DNA of 64,000 nt, from contig NMRA01000659.1 of the NCBI GenBank assembly GCA_002633005.1, forward strand, positions 62,001 through 126,000, written 5' to 3'. The notes under the pieces are model-generated. The model was given only the letters and a program-made list of their open reading frames with translations. It searched no databases and was not told where the DNA came from. This document shows, one piece after another, positions 24,501 through 34,050 of this stretch. Source of the stretch: Phoronis australis (lineage: Eukaryota > Animalia > Phoronida). The translations under genes and the position numbers were made by a program. Every line of letters begins with the position of its first letter. Within the stretch, counting starts at the first letter, position 1.

Positions 24501-27500
24501 GATATTGCAGTTTTATTAAAAAAATCACACCTCCACACGATATATGAATTTTATCATTAAACTTTCCAGTCTTTGTTTGGTGTACTTGAGAGAACAGCTG
24601 TTAGTTGTGTGTCTCAAGTGCTGGGTCTATCTGAGTTGTTGGTCTATGTCAGTGTGGCTTTGTGTGCTCAATTCAAATGGGAACCTCCTGAGTCGCTTGC
24701 CTTTAATCAAGTTTTAATTTCCTGTAGACAATGGCTCATTTCATTTATATCTCTCCACCATACAAAGTCATGTGCAGTGCTGTTAATTAGTGTTTGGTCG
24801 ATAGCTGTCTTTGTGGCAGACATATTTTAGTATTTGCCTATAATTTTATTCCTCAAAACTTTACTTAAATGACTTTGTGAGACATTTTTTTATAAACCAG
24901 CTAATGGAATTGCCATAGGTATTTTTAAATCAATATTCAGGCATCTGTCAATGTTATTAATTTGTTAATGCAAAACTGCGAGTTATCTGAGATTGCTTTT
25001 GATAAAAATGATTAGTTCAGCTAATGAATACTTAGTATGTCAGTAGCCACATAATGAAATGAGTTTTAGCTCCACTTCTGTGGCATTGTAATTGGACACA
25101 TGGAAAGCATTTTTGTTTAGATGAGTTTAGAATTGGTGAATGTTGTCGTGGTTAAGTGACAATTAGCTCGGATATCAATTCTGGAACTGGGGAAATGATG
25201 GCAGAACTTGGTGTGCTAGCTGTGTTCTAAAGTTTGTATCTGGTCCATGGATGGGTGATAGCTGTGTGCAGTGATAGATGTATTACACATTAAGTGCCAG
25301 TTCTGTCTTCTATTGTATTACGTCCACGAAATGATATGCTTTACCTTTAGTTAGTTACCCCTTCAGTAGGTCTCATAAGACAACACAGCACTTAAGCCAA
25401 AAGTTTGTAATTTGTAAAAATCAAGGTGTTTTAAAAAACTTGATAGCTATTTGAAATTTATCTTTTCAGGTAAGGGGGGGCAGGTTAGTCTGTCTCAATT
25501 TCTCATTTAAAGGAGGGGAAGAGTTTTCATGTACAAAAGCCACAGTGAGCAGTTGGGAGGTTATCTCAAGCTGCTTGTGTCTGTTTGTCTACTTGTGCCT
25601 TTTTCTGTTAAACATGTCACGTGTCATTGTGTTCCCGTTTACTCAAGATACACGTCGTCATCTATTGGTCAGTCCTCTACCACTGCATTACGTGTTGCAC
25701 CAATTCATCAAGTTCCGTAGTCTACAGTCATTTTTGTTTGACACTGGCTCATCCCTCAATCCATTGCACAGTCAGCTTTTTAATCATTCCGTATATAGGA
25801 CTGCGTTCCATGGACCAAAGTACTTTGCAAGTCTTCGCGATAAATCACCTTGCATTACAAGCGAAGCCCATGGTCAGTCTAGCTTTACTCTTTAGTGCTT
25901 TGTGTCTACGAAACTTAGCCCAGTTCAGCAGTAGCCGCACTAATCCCCCTGCTGCCGTTCTGTCAAACCTATTCTTTGCGTTTTCTTCTCCTTGCTTTTG
26001 CTTGAATGTCGACGCTGCGCAATTTTTACTTGAAATTTTTAAAACATCTCTTTTCTGCTGCATCAGGCTAAGTGCTGTATCTTGCTACTCTTCTGTGTCA
26101 TTGTTTATGTAAGAAATTGAAGTTGTGCTCTTTAACATTTTATGCTACACTTAGTTTCTGATTAGCTATTTATTAATTCATGACGAGCAGGATTCTCAGT
26201 GCAGACATTAGCAGCTGAGTGATTTAATTACCCATTTGCTTGTGAACTTTCCAAGACTAAGGGCTTTTTGTACCAGCTTATCTCCGGTACCGTAGGAATC
26301 TCTATGCATGTGGTCAGTTTAGACCAGCTTCGGTTGTTAGCTGATACAAAGGTTATCACAGACTGATGTGTTGGTCATCAAGGTTATCGCAACATGGTAT
26401 TTCAAAAACGTTATGTAGGCGTAATTGTTAGGTAGCAAACAGTGAAGGAAATGAATTGCGTTTATCTGTGGTAGAATGGTGAATGTTTGAAAAATATCAA
26501 ATAATACCATAACATGTCGTTATTGACAGTAACCCCTGCGACGATAACTCCGACAATACCGTCCATAATGCAGCGAAGTGATGGCGCTGTGCAATAAAAT
26601 CTCACTCTATTACAAAATTAAGTAGCACTGTTACCTTTGATCAAGGACCGTAAATTGTTCATACCAGCGTTCACACATCCATGTTTTGCTTAGTGTAAGT
26701 GTGTATGAATTGTTTAACCGTTCAAACTTGGTGTCACTGTCAACAGCATTAATGTTCAATGTTCACTGGTCTGCCACACAAGCACTTCATTTCATTTATT
26801 ACCTGACCATAGTTCATCCACTTGTGGTAACTTTGATAACCTAGTCATCAATGTATGATAACTTCGGTGTCGGTTAACTACCAAATTCAGTCTGAAAAGT
26901 TCATTTAAAAATACACATTTGTGCTGCTGTTACACTGGAGTCAAGTTTTATTAAAGGGCTGATAGGTTGCCTTTGGAGTGTCATTTGTAGTGTGCACAAG
27001 TGTAGCTGACAACGCTAATCTCCCACTGAAATACTTGCAGGCCCGTCCAACTGAAGAAGTGACAGACCCTCAGGCGATGGACAAGACCTACTGGATCAAC
27101 AGAGTTGGCGAGGTAAGCACAGATAGCTTAGTTAATTTTAATTGATGAGTAAGTTTGATAAAAAGAGGTCATTTCTTCTGATCTGTGAAAGGTTACTGGA
27201 CAGAAAGTCCCGAGTTTTACCCGCGGTCAGGACAGAGATCTTTTAAGACTTAATTATAGGTCATATGTAATGTGACAAACATACGGACTGTATTGAGTTT
27301 TGCTTAAAACCATATCAAAATGCTGATTTACAATTACATACAATATTCTTGTTTCCAACTGTGTTGTGTTGTTATGCTGTGAAATACTTGTAGTAATTGA
27401 ATCAAAGCTTTTAACTGGAGTAGGCTGACCACATACTGACTGTAACTCAGTCAATCCTTTGGAAACAGTTTTGTGTCATTTAGTGCTGAAAGCACAAAAT

Positions 27501-28575
27501 GTTCTTGAGAAAGTTTTACTGCCTGCTGAGCAAGAAGCGTTGCTCGTGATACTCAAGATACAGTCTGTTGTAAAATTTAGACACAATGCCAGTCGCCGGC
27601 AACACCGTCCAAATGGAGCAGCTGAGTCGTATAGTCATATCTATCTCTCAACTGTGTACTTAGTGAGCGTGAAAGTAACTCACTCTTTCAGGCACTCGAG
27701 GGCAATCAGTCGGTACGCACTTCAGTTTATGTACACTGTAAATTGCCTCTGTTCAGTTTTTGTTAAGAGTTAGTTAGAACCGTGATCATTTTCATTTGTT
27801 TTGTGACACAGTTTACTTAGTAGATTTTGAAAGACTTTGTATAATTCTTGTTGCTTGATGTGATTATTATCTGAACTGAGTGTTTTCTATCACCAGGTGT
27901 CTCTTCAATTATTCATATCATTTTATCATTTATGGAGGACTTCATCTAGAGGTTGTCCAGGGCATTCAAATGGACACCCTGACTTAAATTTGTCCCCCCT
28001 AATTAAGACACCCTGCTCATCATGTGGATACCCAAATTAAGTAAGACTGTAAGCATGGGTGCCTCTTGTAACTTGCTCATAACAGCTGTGGGAGCTCATT
28101 GGCCTGTGGAGTTGATATAGAATTGTTGTAAGTTACAAAAAATTATTGCACAACTATGTCTCCATGGTAACATACCACACTGTAATGGCAGATTGATGAA
28201 ATTGCTATCACACTTTGTTGGTCACGAATACCCTGAGAAATTGGGAAACCAATTTTGGACGCCCTATTTTTGAAATCGTGGATGAATTCCTGCATGTGTA
28301 ATGCGTTAACTTATATTGTATTCAAGTCTGAAGTAGTGCACTGCGGTGTGTGGGTTTGTATTTATCGTTCGTTCAGTGTTTAATATTGTGTGTGCAATAT
28401 AAATGTTTTTTCATTAAAACTTACTTCGTCCATGGAATCTTTCCAGCTCTCCTCTCAGCTCCAGCAGAGCAGTGAATACTGGTCAGAGAAAGTTCGTGAT
28501 TTGTCTACTCAGCTTGACAGGGCCAAGTCTACGTCTCCGCCGTCCAAGTCGTTGTCCCCTTGTCGCCCAAGGTGA
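313..28575 (+). CDS. Multi-exon long coiled-coil protein, PMFBP1/CCDC18-like (5' end outside window); ~934 aa traced for the core exon chain
   Basis: 19 core exons, all AG..GT bounded and frame-compatible, E/Q/K/L-rich heptad sequence. C-terminal motif DKTYWINRVGELSSQLQQSSEYWSEKVRDL recalled as PMFBP1/CCDC18-like; family name unverified. Confidence 0.85.
1077..1319 (+). CDS. Core exon (243 nt) VNRLEQ...AKVDE
   Basis: ttccattcAG / GAG|GTATGC. Confidence 0.9.
1514..1597 (+). CDS. Core exon (84 nt) IENLETVIRDAKVEVSDLQKLLRQSENL
   Basis: ttttattccAG / TTG|GTGAGA; open frame, phase 0. Confidence 0.88.
1936..2019 (+). CDS. Core exon (84 nt) CGQLQAELERVRSDLSEARSQYKDCAQE
   Basis: tcattctAG / GAG|GTGATT. 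Confidence 0.88.
2279..2614 (+). CDS. Core exon (336 nt) LARHEEK...LLNEQ
   Basis: tattacAG / CAG|GTAAGA. Confidence 0.92.
3408..3575 (+). CDS. Core exon (168 nt) VEQQDS...EFTAK
   Basis: cattgcAG / AAG|GTCAGT. Confidence 0.92.
5224..5311 (+). other. Candidate non-coding 5'UTR exon of the internal isoform (or AG|GT recursive splice point at 5311/5312)
   Basis: tttattttacAG at 5222-5223 and CAG|GTACGT at 5312; no coding potential. Confidence 0.3.
6203..10123 (+). CDS. Giant 3.9-kb coiled-coil exon (1307 codons); probable alternative first coding exon of the same gene
   Basis: Uninterrupted 1309-aa ORF; aaaATG start with in-frame upstream stop at 6152; AAG|GTAAGG phase-0 donor; strong acceptor at 6061-6062 gives a 140-nt leader. 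Confidence 0.88.
6548..7036 (+). repeat. Coding tandem repeat, ~3 x 168 nt (56 aa)
   Basis: Units start 6548, 6716, 6884: (A/S)ENxALKxxLQLKExAxExxxQxYLxAVxDMxHxMEHNxxLKQRI. Confidence 0.95.
10378..10452 (+). CDS. Alternative-block exon (75 nt) AELSQSNLEDKVMQLQKCIKDLEFK
   Basis: cttcctcAG / AAG|GTAGTT, phase 0. Confidence 0.8.
10983..11279 (+). CDS. Alternative-block exon (297 nt) LELDSSK...DHISK
   Basis: cttcccttcAG / AAG|GTAGTG. Confidence 0.85.
11579..11653 (+). CDS. Alternative-block exon (75 nt) LTTVEGEYEADQNMMRCKVDSLQKE
   Basis: ttttgtcAG / GAG|GTAAGA. Confidence 0.8.
12274..12345 (+). CDS. Alternative-block exon (72 nt) LETKNTEIDSLRLEIHSHRHKEDK
   Basis: cttctaatAG / AAG|GTAGTA; CTAAC branch-like motif upstream. 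Confidence 0.75.
12622..12717 (+). CDS. Alternative-block exon (96 nt) LEELNKIKIDRVDQLEKEWYQQMAESSLLSNQ
   Basis: aactgtAG / CAG|GTTGGA. Confidence 0.75.
13186..13353 (+). CDS. Core exon (168 nt) VKDRETT...HHSQE
   Basis: gtcttgcAG / GAG|GTAAGG. Confidence 0.92.
13367..13551. repeat. Intronic minisatellite, ~5 x 37 bp
   Basis: Unit ~TGTAGGAGCTATTAGACCTACATGTGGTGAGGGGTGT, head-to-tail. Confidence 0.9.
13667..13750 (+). CDS. Core exon (84 nt) VSRYEETLTQLQGELEQSQDQYRNCHSQ
   Basis: ctaacctgttgcAG / CAG|GTATAA. Confidence 0.9.
13942..14109 (+). CDS. Core exon (168 nt) LMEQEK...VLAQE
   Basis: gttgtcttAG / GAG|GTACGA. Confidence 0.9.
14551..14634 (+). CDS. Core exon (84 nt) VALHEDKMRRLRQELRKVQENNRASEEE
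   Basis: ccacgcAG / GAG|GTTGGT. Confidence 0.9.
15003..15170 (+). CDS. Core exon (168 nt) LQAYEAR...LKANE, copy 1
   Basis: gttgttccAG / GAG|GTATAC. Confidence 0.88.
15943..16115 (+). CDS. Core exon (173 nt, phase 0/2) VESLLKD...WVEET, copy 1
   Basis: cattctccAG / AA|GTGAGT. Confidence 0.88.
16809..16976 (+). CDS. Duplicate of exon 15003-15170 (copy 2)
   Basis: Same peptide; 5 synonymous differences. Confidence 0.8.
17789..17961 (+). CDS. Duplicate of exon 15943-16115 (copy 2)
   Basis: Identical sequence and splice sites. Confidence 0.8.
18833..18907 (+). CDS. Core exon (75 nt, phase 2/2) QTNERLGFKIREQSKAIVQLTAEK
   Basis: ctcttctAG / GA|GTGAGT; phase fits the preceding exon. Confidence 0.9.
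19508..19672 (+). CDS. Core exon (165 nt, phase 2/2) HMAEQVD...RLEEH
   Basis: cattgcAG / GA|GTGAGT. Confidence 0.9.
21007..21109 (+). CDS. Core exon (103 nt, phase 2/0) ADHEQEV...QLNDQ
   Basis: cgtcttcAG / CAG|GTAGGC. Confidence 0.9.
21548..21730 (+). CDS. Core exon (183 nt) LTALQKE...PAYRG
   Basis: ttttgctcacAG / GGG|GTGAGT. Confidence 0.9.
22181..22246 (+). CDS. Small exon (66 nt, possibly cassette) RGAESLVDSAYMSVRSARKYER
   Basis: CTAAC branch, ttcattgtAG / AGG|GTGCGT; frame-preserving. Confidence 0.7.
23923..23993. repeat. Perfect tandem repeat, 3 x 23 bp
   Basis: AAAAGTGGGTGTGTTATAATGCC x3. Confidence 0.95.
27041..27112 (+). CDS. Penultimate exon (72 nt) ARPTEEVTDPQAMDKTYWINRVGE
   Basis: atacttgcAG / GAG|GTAAGC. 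Confidence 0.9.
28447..28575 (+). CDS. Terminal coding exon LSSQLQQSSEYWSEKVRDL...PCRPR*
   Basis: tctttccAG acceptor; TGA at 28573-28575. Confidence 0.9.
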   Translation, partial: LSSQLQQSSEYWSEKVRDLSTQLDRAKSTSPPSKSLSPCRPR

Positions 28576-31425
28576 CCCTGCCCCTAGTTGATAGGGGTGG
28601 GTTTGTTGACAGGGTCGCCAGAATGGCTGTGAATTATGCAGGGGTGATTGTAGGAGTTTAAACTTCAAAATGTCGAGTGTAGAGGAAATGGTAACTTCCA
28701 GGTCGTAGTCCTATAAAGGTCAAGTGACCTTGTCAAATTAGTTTACCACTTGTTTTCATTGTATTCTGTTCTTTGAACTTGAACGGGGTACAGCACTTCA
28801 GTAGTATAAAACATTTTTACAAATTTGTCTGGTTTGACCAAAGTTGTAAAATTTGCAAAAGACATGTGGAGAAAATTATTAAAGTTTTTCTGAAATTTAG
28901 CCAATTCTCAGTATCCGGACTTTTTGTGCAAAACGGTGGCACATTTTTCTCTTTGTTTTCATAAGGTTGTGTAGTTTTAGCTGACCTACTGGGATTCTGT
29001 TAATTTGTATGTTGGCGTGTTCTTTGCATCAGTCTGGTTTATTTATGGGAGAAACTGCATTTTATACTATGTGAAGGTGCTAAGTTCTTACGTAGAAGTT
29101 AAAAGTTTGAAGCAGATTTTCTGAGATTCTCTTTGTATACTTTGTATCTTGTTTTGCTGTACTACTTTCGGGACAAAAGTTTTGAGTTGTAGACAATAAA
29201 GAGCATGAAAAGATATCATCCTAATTATTCCATTTACAGTAAATATTCTTCAGTTTGGGACTGGATGTGGAAGGCAAGGGAAATTGTTTGTCTAATTTCA
29301 CAACAAATTATTGACAACATTTCATGGAATTTTACTGGTTACTGTTACCAAAATTTAGTGGTTTTAGCTTTTGCAGCGGTATGTATCTGAAAAATAAAAG
29401 ACTGAAATTTTAGCAAATATTTTTCCCCATATTGAAGAATTTTTACTTGATTTTACAACATTCTGTGGTTGGGTTCTTTTGATTATTTAGCATTTCTCGT
29501 TGCTAACTTGTTTTGTGTGATCCATGTTTGATGTTTTGGCATCAAAATTCCTCAACTTAAAGTAGACTACTTTGTTTCAGTCAAGTTAAATTATGGTTTG
29601 TAGTAAAGAAGTTTTGCGTGACTTTACAAAGATTTGGGTTTATTTCCACTGGGACAAGTTCTTTTTAGACTCCTGTGCAGGAGTGTGGTGCTTTTGTTGA
29701 ATATTTATTACTTACGTGCAATAGCCACTTACAGAAGTCCCACATTTTGTGAACCAGTTTTCTCCACTCAATAGCAGGCACCAAACTGGTTCTCAAAGTC
29801 TGGAAAACCTGTGAGTAACTATTGCCTATCTGTTTGGTAGTGCGTAAATTAAATACAAGTTGTGTTTGAATGTATGATGATATTAACTATTGGATGAAAA
29901 TTAATCAATATAGGATGAAAAGAGCATTTTACCCTGCTTGAAAGCATTCATTTTTCTCAATACCATGGACCCTTCACAAATTTTGAGAAAATAAATCTAT
30001 TTCTGTTGTTGGAAATTTTCAGTTGTTTAACTAGATTCTTCCAAACCAAAATGTGATCCAGTATAATAAACCATTATTCAGACTGAAAGTGTGCGAGAGT
30101 TGTCTTCCCATGTATTTTTGTTTGTGTCCATTAATTTGTAATGTCCCTGGAGCAGGGTACCTGACCAACCTAGTTTACATGCTCATGAACACGGCCTGCA
30201 GACCTGTAAACTCAGCTTCCTTGGTCTCAGAAACTCCCCTGCTCAAACAAAACAGGACTCACACACCCAAAAGACATGGCTGTCTGAATCACATGACTTA
30301 GAAAAGAGTCCATGTGCCATGTTAACAGGTGTGAGAACCATTTTGTGGTACAGCAGCGGTGCTTTTGATTGCCTTGCTTTGCGAGTATTGGGTCATGTTT
30401 ATGAGTCAGCGAAGGGAGTTTGCAGGTATATTAGACCAGTTGTTCTCATAGCCTTTGGATGTGATGCATTCCTGTGTGCTTTTGTGTACTTGTGTATCTT
30501 AAAACTGTTTGCATTTTGTGTGAGACTGCTCCAGCTGGTTGATCATCGGAGCTGGAACATTTGTTTCCTGCAGAGTTTAGATCAGATTGAAAATCTCAAG
30601 AACGTTGTACCAAAAATTACCAGAATTGCCCACCTTCCATTTTCAAATCCCTCTGAAATCGTGGTTTCTCGGAATTTTTTAAAACATTTTCTGCTGGTAG
30701 CTACAATTATACAGAAACTGAAATGATGACAAACCATTCCTTTGTCTCTACTTATTGTTTATGAAGAAAATGAAGTAAAATTAACCTTTTCCTCCGTATT
30801 GTGTTCTAAATTGGTGAGGTTTTACTGTCTGTTTTCCTTGACTGAAACTGCCCCCTGTACTCTCAGGACTTTTTTACATGTTTGCTTTTTTCACTTCTAT
30901 TTTAGTTGATATTTATTTATACATATGTCTTGCGAGTTTTGTACAGGTATTTCACAGGATCCTATGTAGCAATCTTCACTTTCTGTGTTTTGTGTAACAG
31001 TGGGACTTGCCCAGTATAACCATTTCAAGTACTAGTTCTGTTGCTGTCGTACAGTAGGTTTCATGGTTGTGTCAATTTGTTGGTGCCTCTGATTATTCAG
31101 TCGCAGATTCACGAAGTACCTCATGCGTTCATATACCTCCCACCTCTTCTGTCTTCACTTCCGCTGTCGCGGCTAGGAGACCAGTTAATGTACGCAACTT
31201 TTCTCCGTGGTCTTTGAGATGAGATTGTTTTGTTCGGTGTCGAATCTTCTCCAAAATCAGGAGACACGCGAACAAGTAGAAAGGTCTTTATATGCAAAGG
31301 CTTTTTTTAAACCGTTTATCTGAATATAAGCTGCAGAAGCATGATAAACGTTGTCTGGGCCTTCCTGGTTTGCCATGTTATTTTCTCGTCTTAAAAATAT
31401 AACGCTTGTATTTCAGTGGCCTCGA

Positions 31426-31431
31426 AATAAA
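31426..31431 (+). terminator. Candidate distal poly(A) signal of the coiled-coil gene (~2.9-kb 3'UTR)
   Basis: AATAAA followed by a T/GT-rich downstream element; sense-strand T/G skew fades just after. Earlier AATAAA copies near 29195, 29393 and 29990. Confidence 0.5.
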
Positions 31432-32768
31432 ACTTAATTTATTACTTCGTTGTTTTTACTTTCTTGATGTTTGACCTTTGACCTCTGGCGTAGAGAGCCA
31501 GTGCCGGAAATCCCGGATCAACACTGACACCTAGCTCACTTCTCCAGAACCACCTGTCGAACCCCCACCCCCCCACATTCGCACGTGCTCACGGCATTTT
31601 TATGTAGACGCAGACGATGTTACGGCCACAAATCGCCAACAATTCATGGAGATGATCACCAGTTCTGTCTTGGTCTGGTTTGTCTGTGATTTAAATTTTC
31701 TTAGTGACCGTTTAGGAACGGGGTCCTTATGGTATAATCAGTTGCCTTTCTTTTCCTGTTTTTGGGAAATCGTACAACCGTTAATGTAAGTTATCGTATG
31801 ATGATCAGCAGCGACTGTCGGCCACATTTCCAATTACAGTCGAATAATATACGTTCTTTCAAAGAGTATTTAGGCAGCACATATTTCAATCGATCTATTT
31901 CTTTAATAAAGGCCATAGGCCTAGGCCCACTGTACAAAGGAACAACATTTAACATACTTAAGAGTGCCGCAGCAAGTAATCACGGAGTCGAAAAGCAGGA
32001 AATACAGGACCCACCCTTGGAGAGGTGGACTGGGGCAAGTGACTCTTTCCACCCTTTGCATGGAAATCTATCTGGGAGTCGGGGAAATGGAAAAACATAT
32101 TGGCCATCATGAAAACCTGAGTTGATGCGAACCACAGCAGCACCAAGACCAGAGCTTAATCAAATAAAAACGAGAGAATGTTCCAAACAACAAAACTACT
32201 GACCATGGATTGGAAAGAAAGAACATTCGGAAAACCACTGTGTGAATTACACAAAGAAATGGGCCCCCTGTTCTCGATTGTTTTATTGCGATAAAAGTAT
32301 TCGGTACTTTTCCCCAATGAGTTTAATTAACACGTTATTAGGAAAGTATTACAATAAATAGCGAGGTCCGTACGAACTCGCTCTTCTCTGTGTTGATCCG
32401 AGTGTCAGGAGCATGAATTTTGATGATAGTGTGCAGTGCACATGCTCAACCAGGTGCTCAAAAGTGCATGTACTGGTAATTGCAAACAACAATTCTTGCA
32501 ATTTTGGAGTGCCAAATTTAACTCGTAAACCGTTACAGTTTACCACTGGAATAAACCAGAATTCACGTTGTCAGTCCCCACTACTAACACTCTGGTACAC
32601 ATTTCCAACATGCGTTTTCGAAACAACCCGTTAGGCAGTACACCAAGGAACCGCACTTTTAAATTGTATTCTTTTAATGCAAGACACTAATAGAGTGGAC
32701 TCTCCCGAACCGTGAATCGAACCGTCATGTGAATCTTGGCCTTAGGAGGTCATTTTGCGTGCGGAAAT

Positions 32769-32916
32769 CAGTGCTGTAGTGTGGCGTAGGCGCAACCAAC
32801 CACCTTTTGGTATTTGAACGTAGCGCCTACGCAACGTAAGTTAGGTTCAGTGTTCAAGGTGATACGATGGGCTTTGGGCGCCTATACTTACCTCTTACTT
32901 CACCACTACAGCACTG
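32769..32916. mobile_element. 148-bp MITE, hAT-like
   Basis: Perfect 13-bp TIR CAGTGCTGTAGTG/CACTACAGCACTG; perfect 8-bp flanking direct repeat GCGGAAAT (32761-32768, 32917-32924). Confidence 0.88.
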
Positions 32917-33930
32917 GCGGAAATAAATAACCAAATTAGAAGAAGTGTGACAAAGTATGAAAAACAGTCAAAGAGTGACTTTCAAATAAGAGTTTCCACA
33001 TTCAAAAAATGCGAAGACTATTGTTCACTTTTGTTGTTATTTTTGCCGCATGGTGGATATTTTTCGCGTGCTATTCTGTGTAAATGAAAGTAATATTAAT
33101 TAAGATGATGAACGACTCACAAGACCGTCATCAAGGACGTCGGAGTGATTAGTATCGCACCGTAATACTTTAAGAGCCTTTCTTACCAAATAGGCTCAGT
33201 TCATGTACGCACTTGTTCACGAAGCAGGATTGCCGTGAATTTTTTCATGTAGGTTTTGCAACCAAGCATTTCAATGAATTACATCATTACATGCACGACA
33301 ATTGATTTTATGAGAGCTCAATTAATTTTTTATTGAGTAAATCGCTGGTACTATGTACATACATGGGACAACGCAAGATAAAGCAACAAAAAAGGCGTTG
33401 AAATGTCCATGCGTGTGGTCTTTCAGAAATAAAACTTCTTAGCAACAAGAAGAAAACATTAGGCCCTGTACGTCGCGCACTATGAAATAAATCGATGTAA
33501 CAAATACATTGGTCTCTCAAGAGCCTAGTGTCAAGATAGATGCTTGCGTACAGTTTAAAGCTGGCAAAAGAGACACGGACTCATCAAATTGAAACATATT
33601 CGAAGGAGTTTTCTGACACAAAAAACAAAGCGATTTTTAAGAAGATTTTACTACCAGCTTTTTATACTATAGCTTACGACTTTCACAACATAATGCTGCG
33701 CCAATACTGGAGGTCCTTGGTATGCATACTCATTGTTCAACGATAATCAATGAAAGGCCAGAAGGCTCTGTTCTGCTCTCTATGTAAAACATTTGAAGTT
33801 AAAAATATAACTGGAGGAATAATATTAATTGACTTCAGGGCCCGGGTTTTAGTCTTTGTACTTGAAATCGATTTCTTCTGACATTTTCCGTTCTTTGTGC
33901 AAACATATAGTATTTGTCCATTATTCATCT

Positions 33931-34050
33931 GTGCTCGGGTGCATCACAGTTTATGGGGATAACTGATTAAGCCTAGTTGGCACTTGATGACCCTAGCATT
34001 AAAACTATGAATTGGAGTCTGGACTCGTAATCTCAAATTTATTCTTGAAA
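33931..34050 (+). repeat. Old dispersed repeat fragment; inverted homologue at ~44460-44578
   Basis: Alignable by eye, e.g. gcacttgatgaccctagcatta vs revcomp gcacttgacgacctcagcatta. Confidence 0.65.

Noticed and set aside
23977-26112. Intronic ORFs of 116-163 aa
   Set aside because: No recognisable domain, intron-like T-rich composition, no coherent splice chain.
31472-31484. TGACCTTTGACCT DR1 nuclear-receptor motif (also at 55993-56005)
   Set aside because: Perfect match, but this word is common in invertebrate repeats and there is no supporting context.
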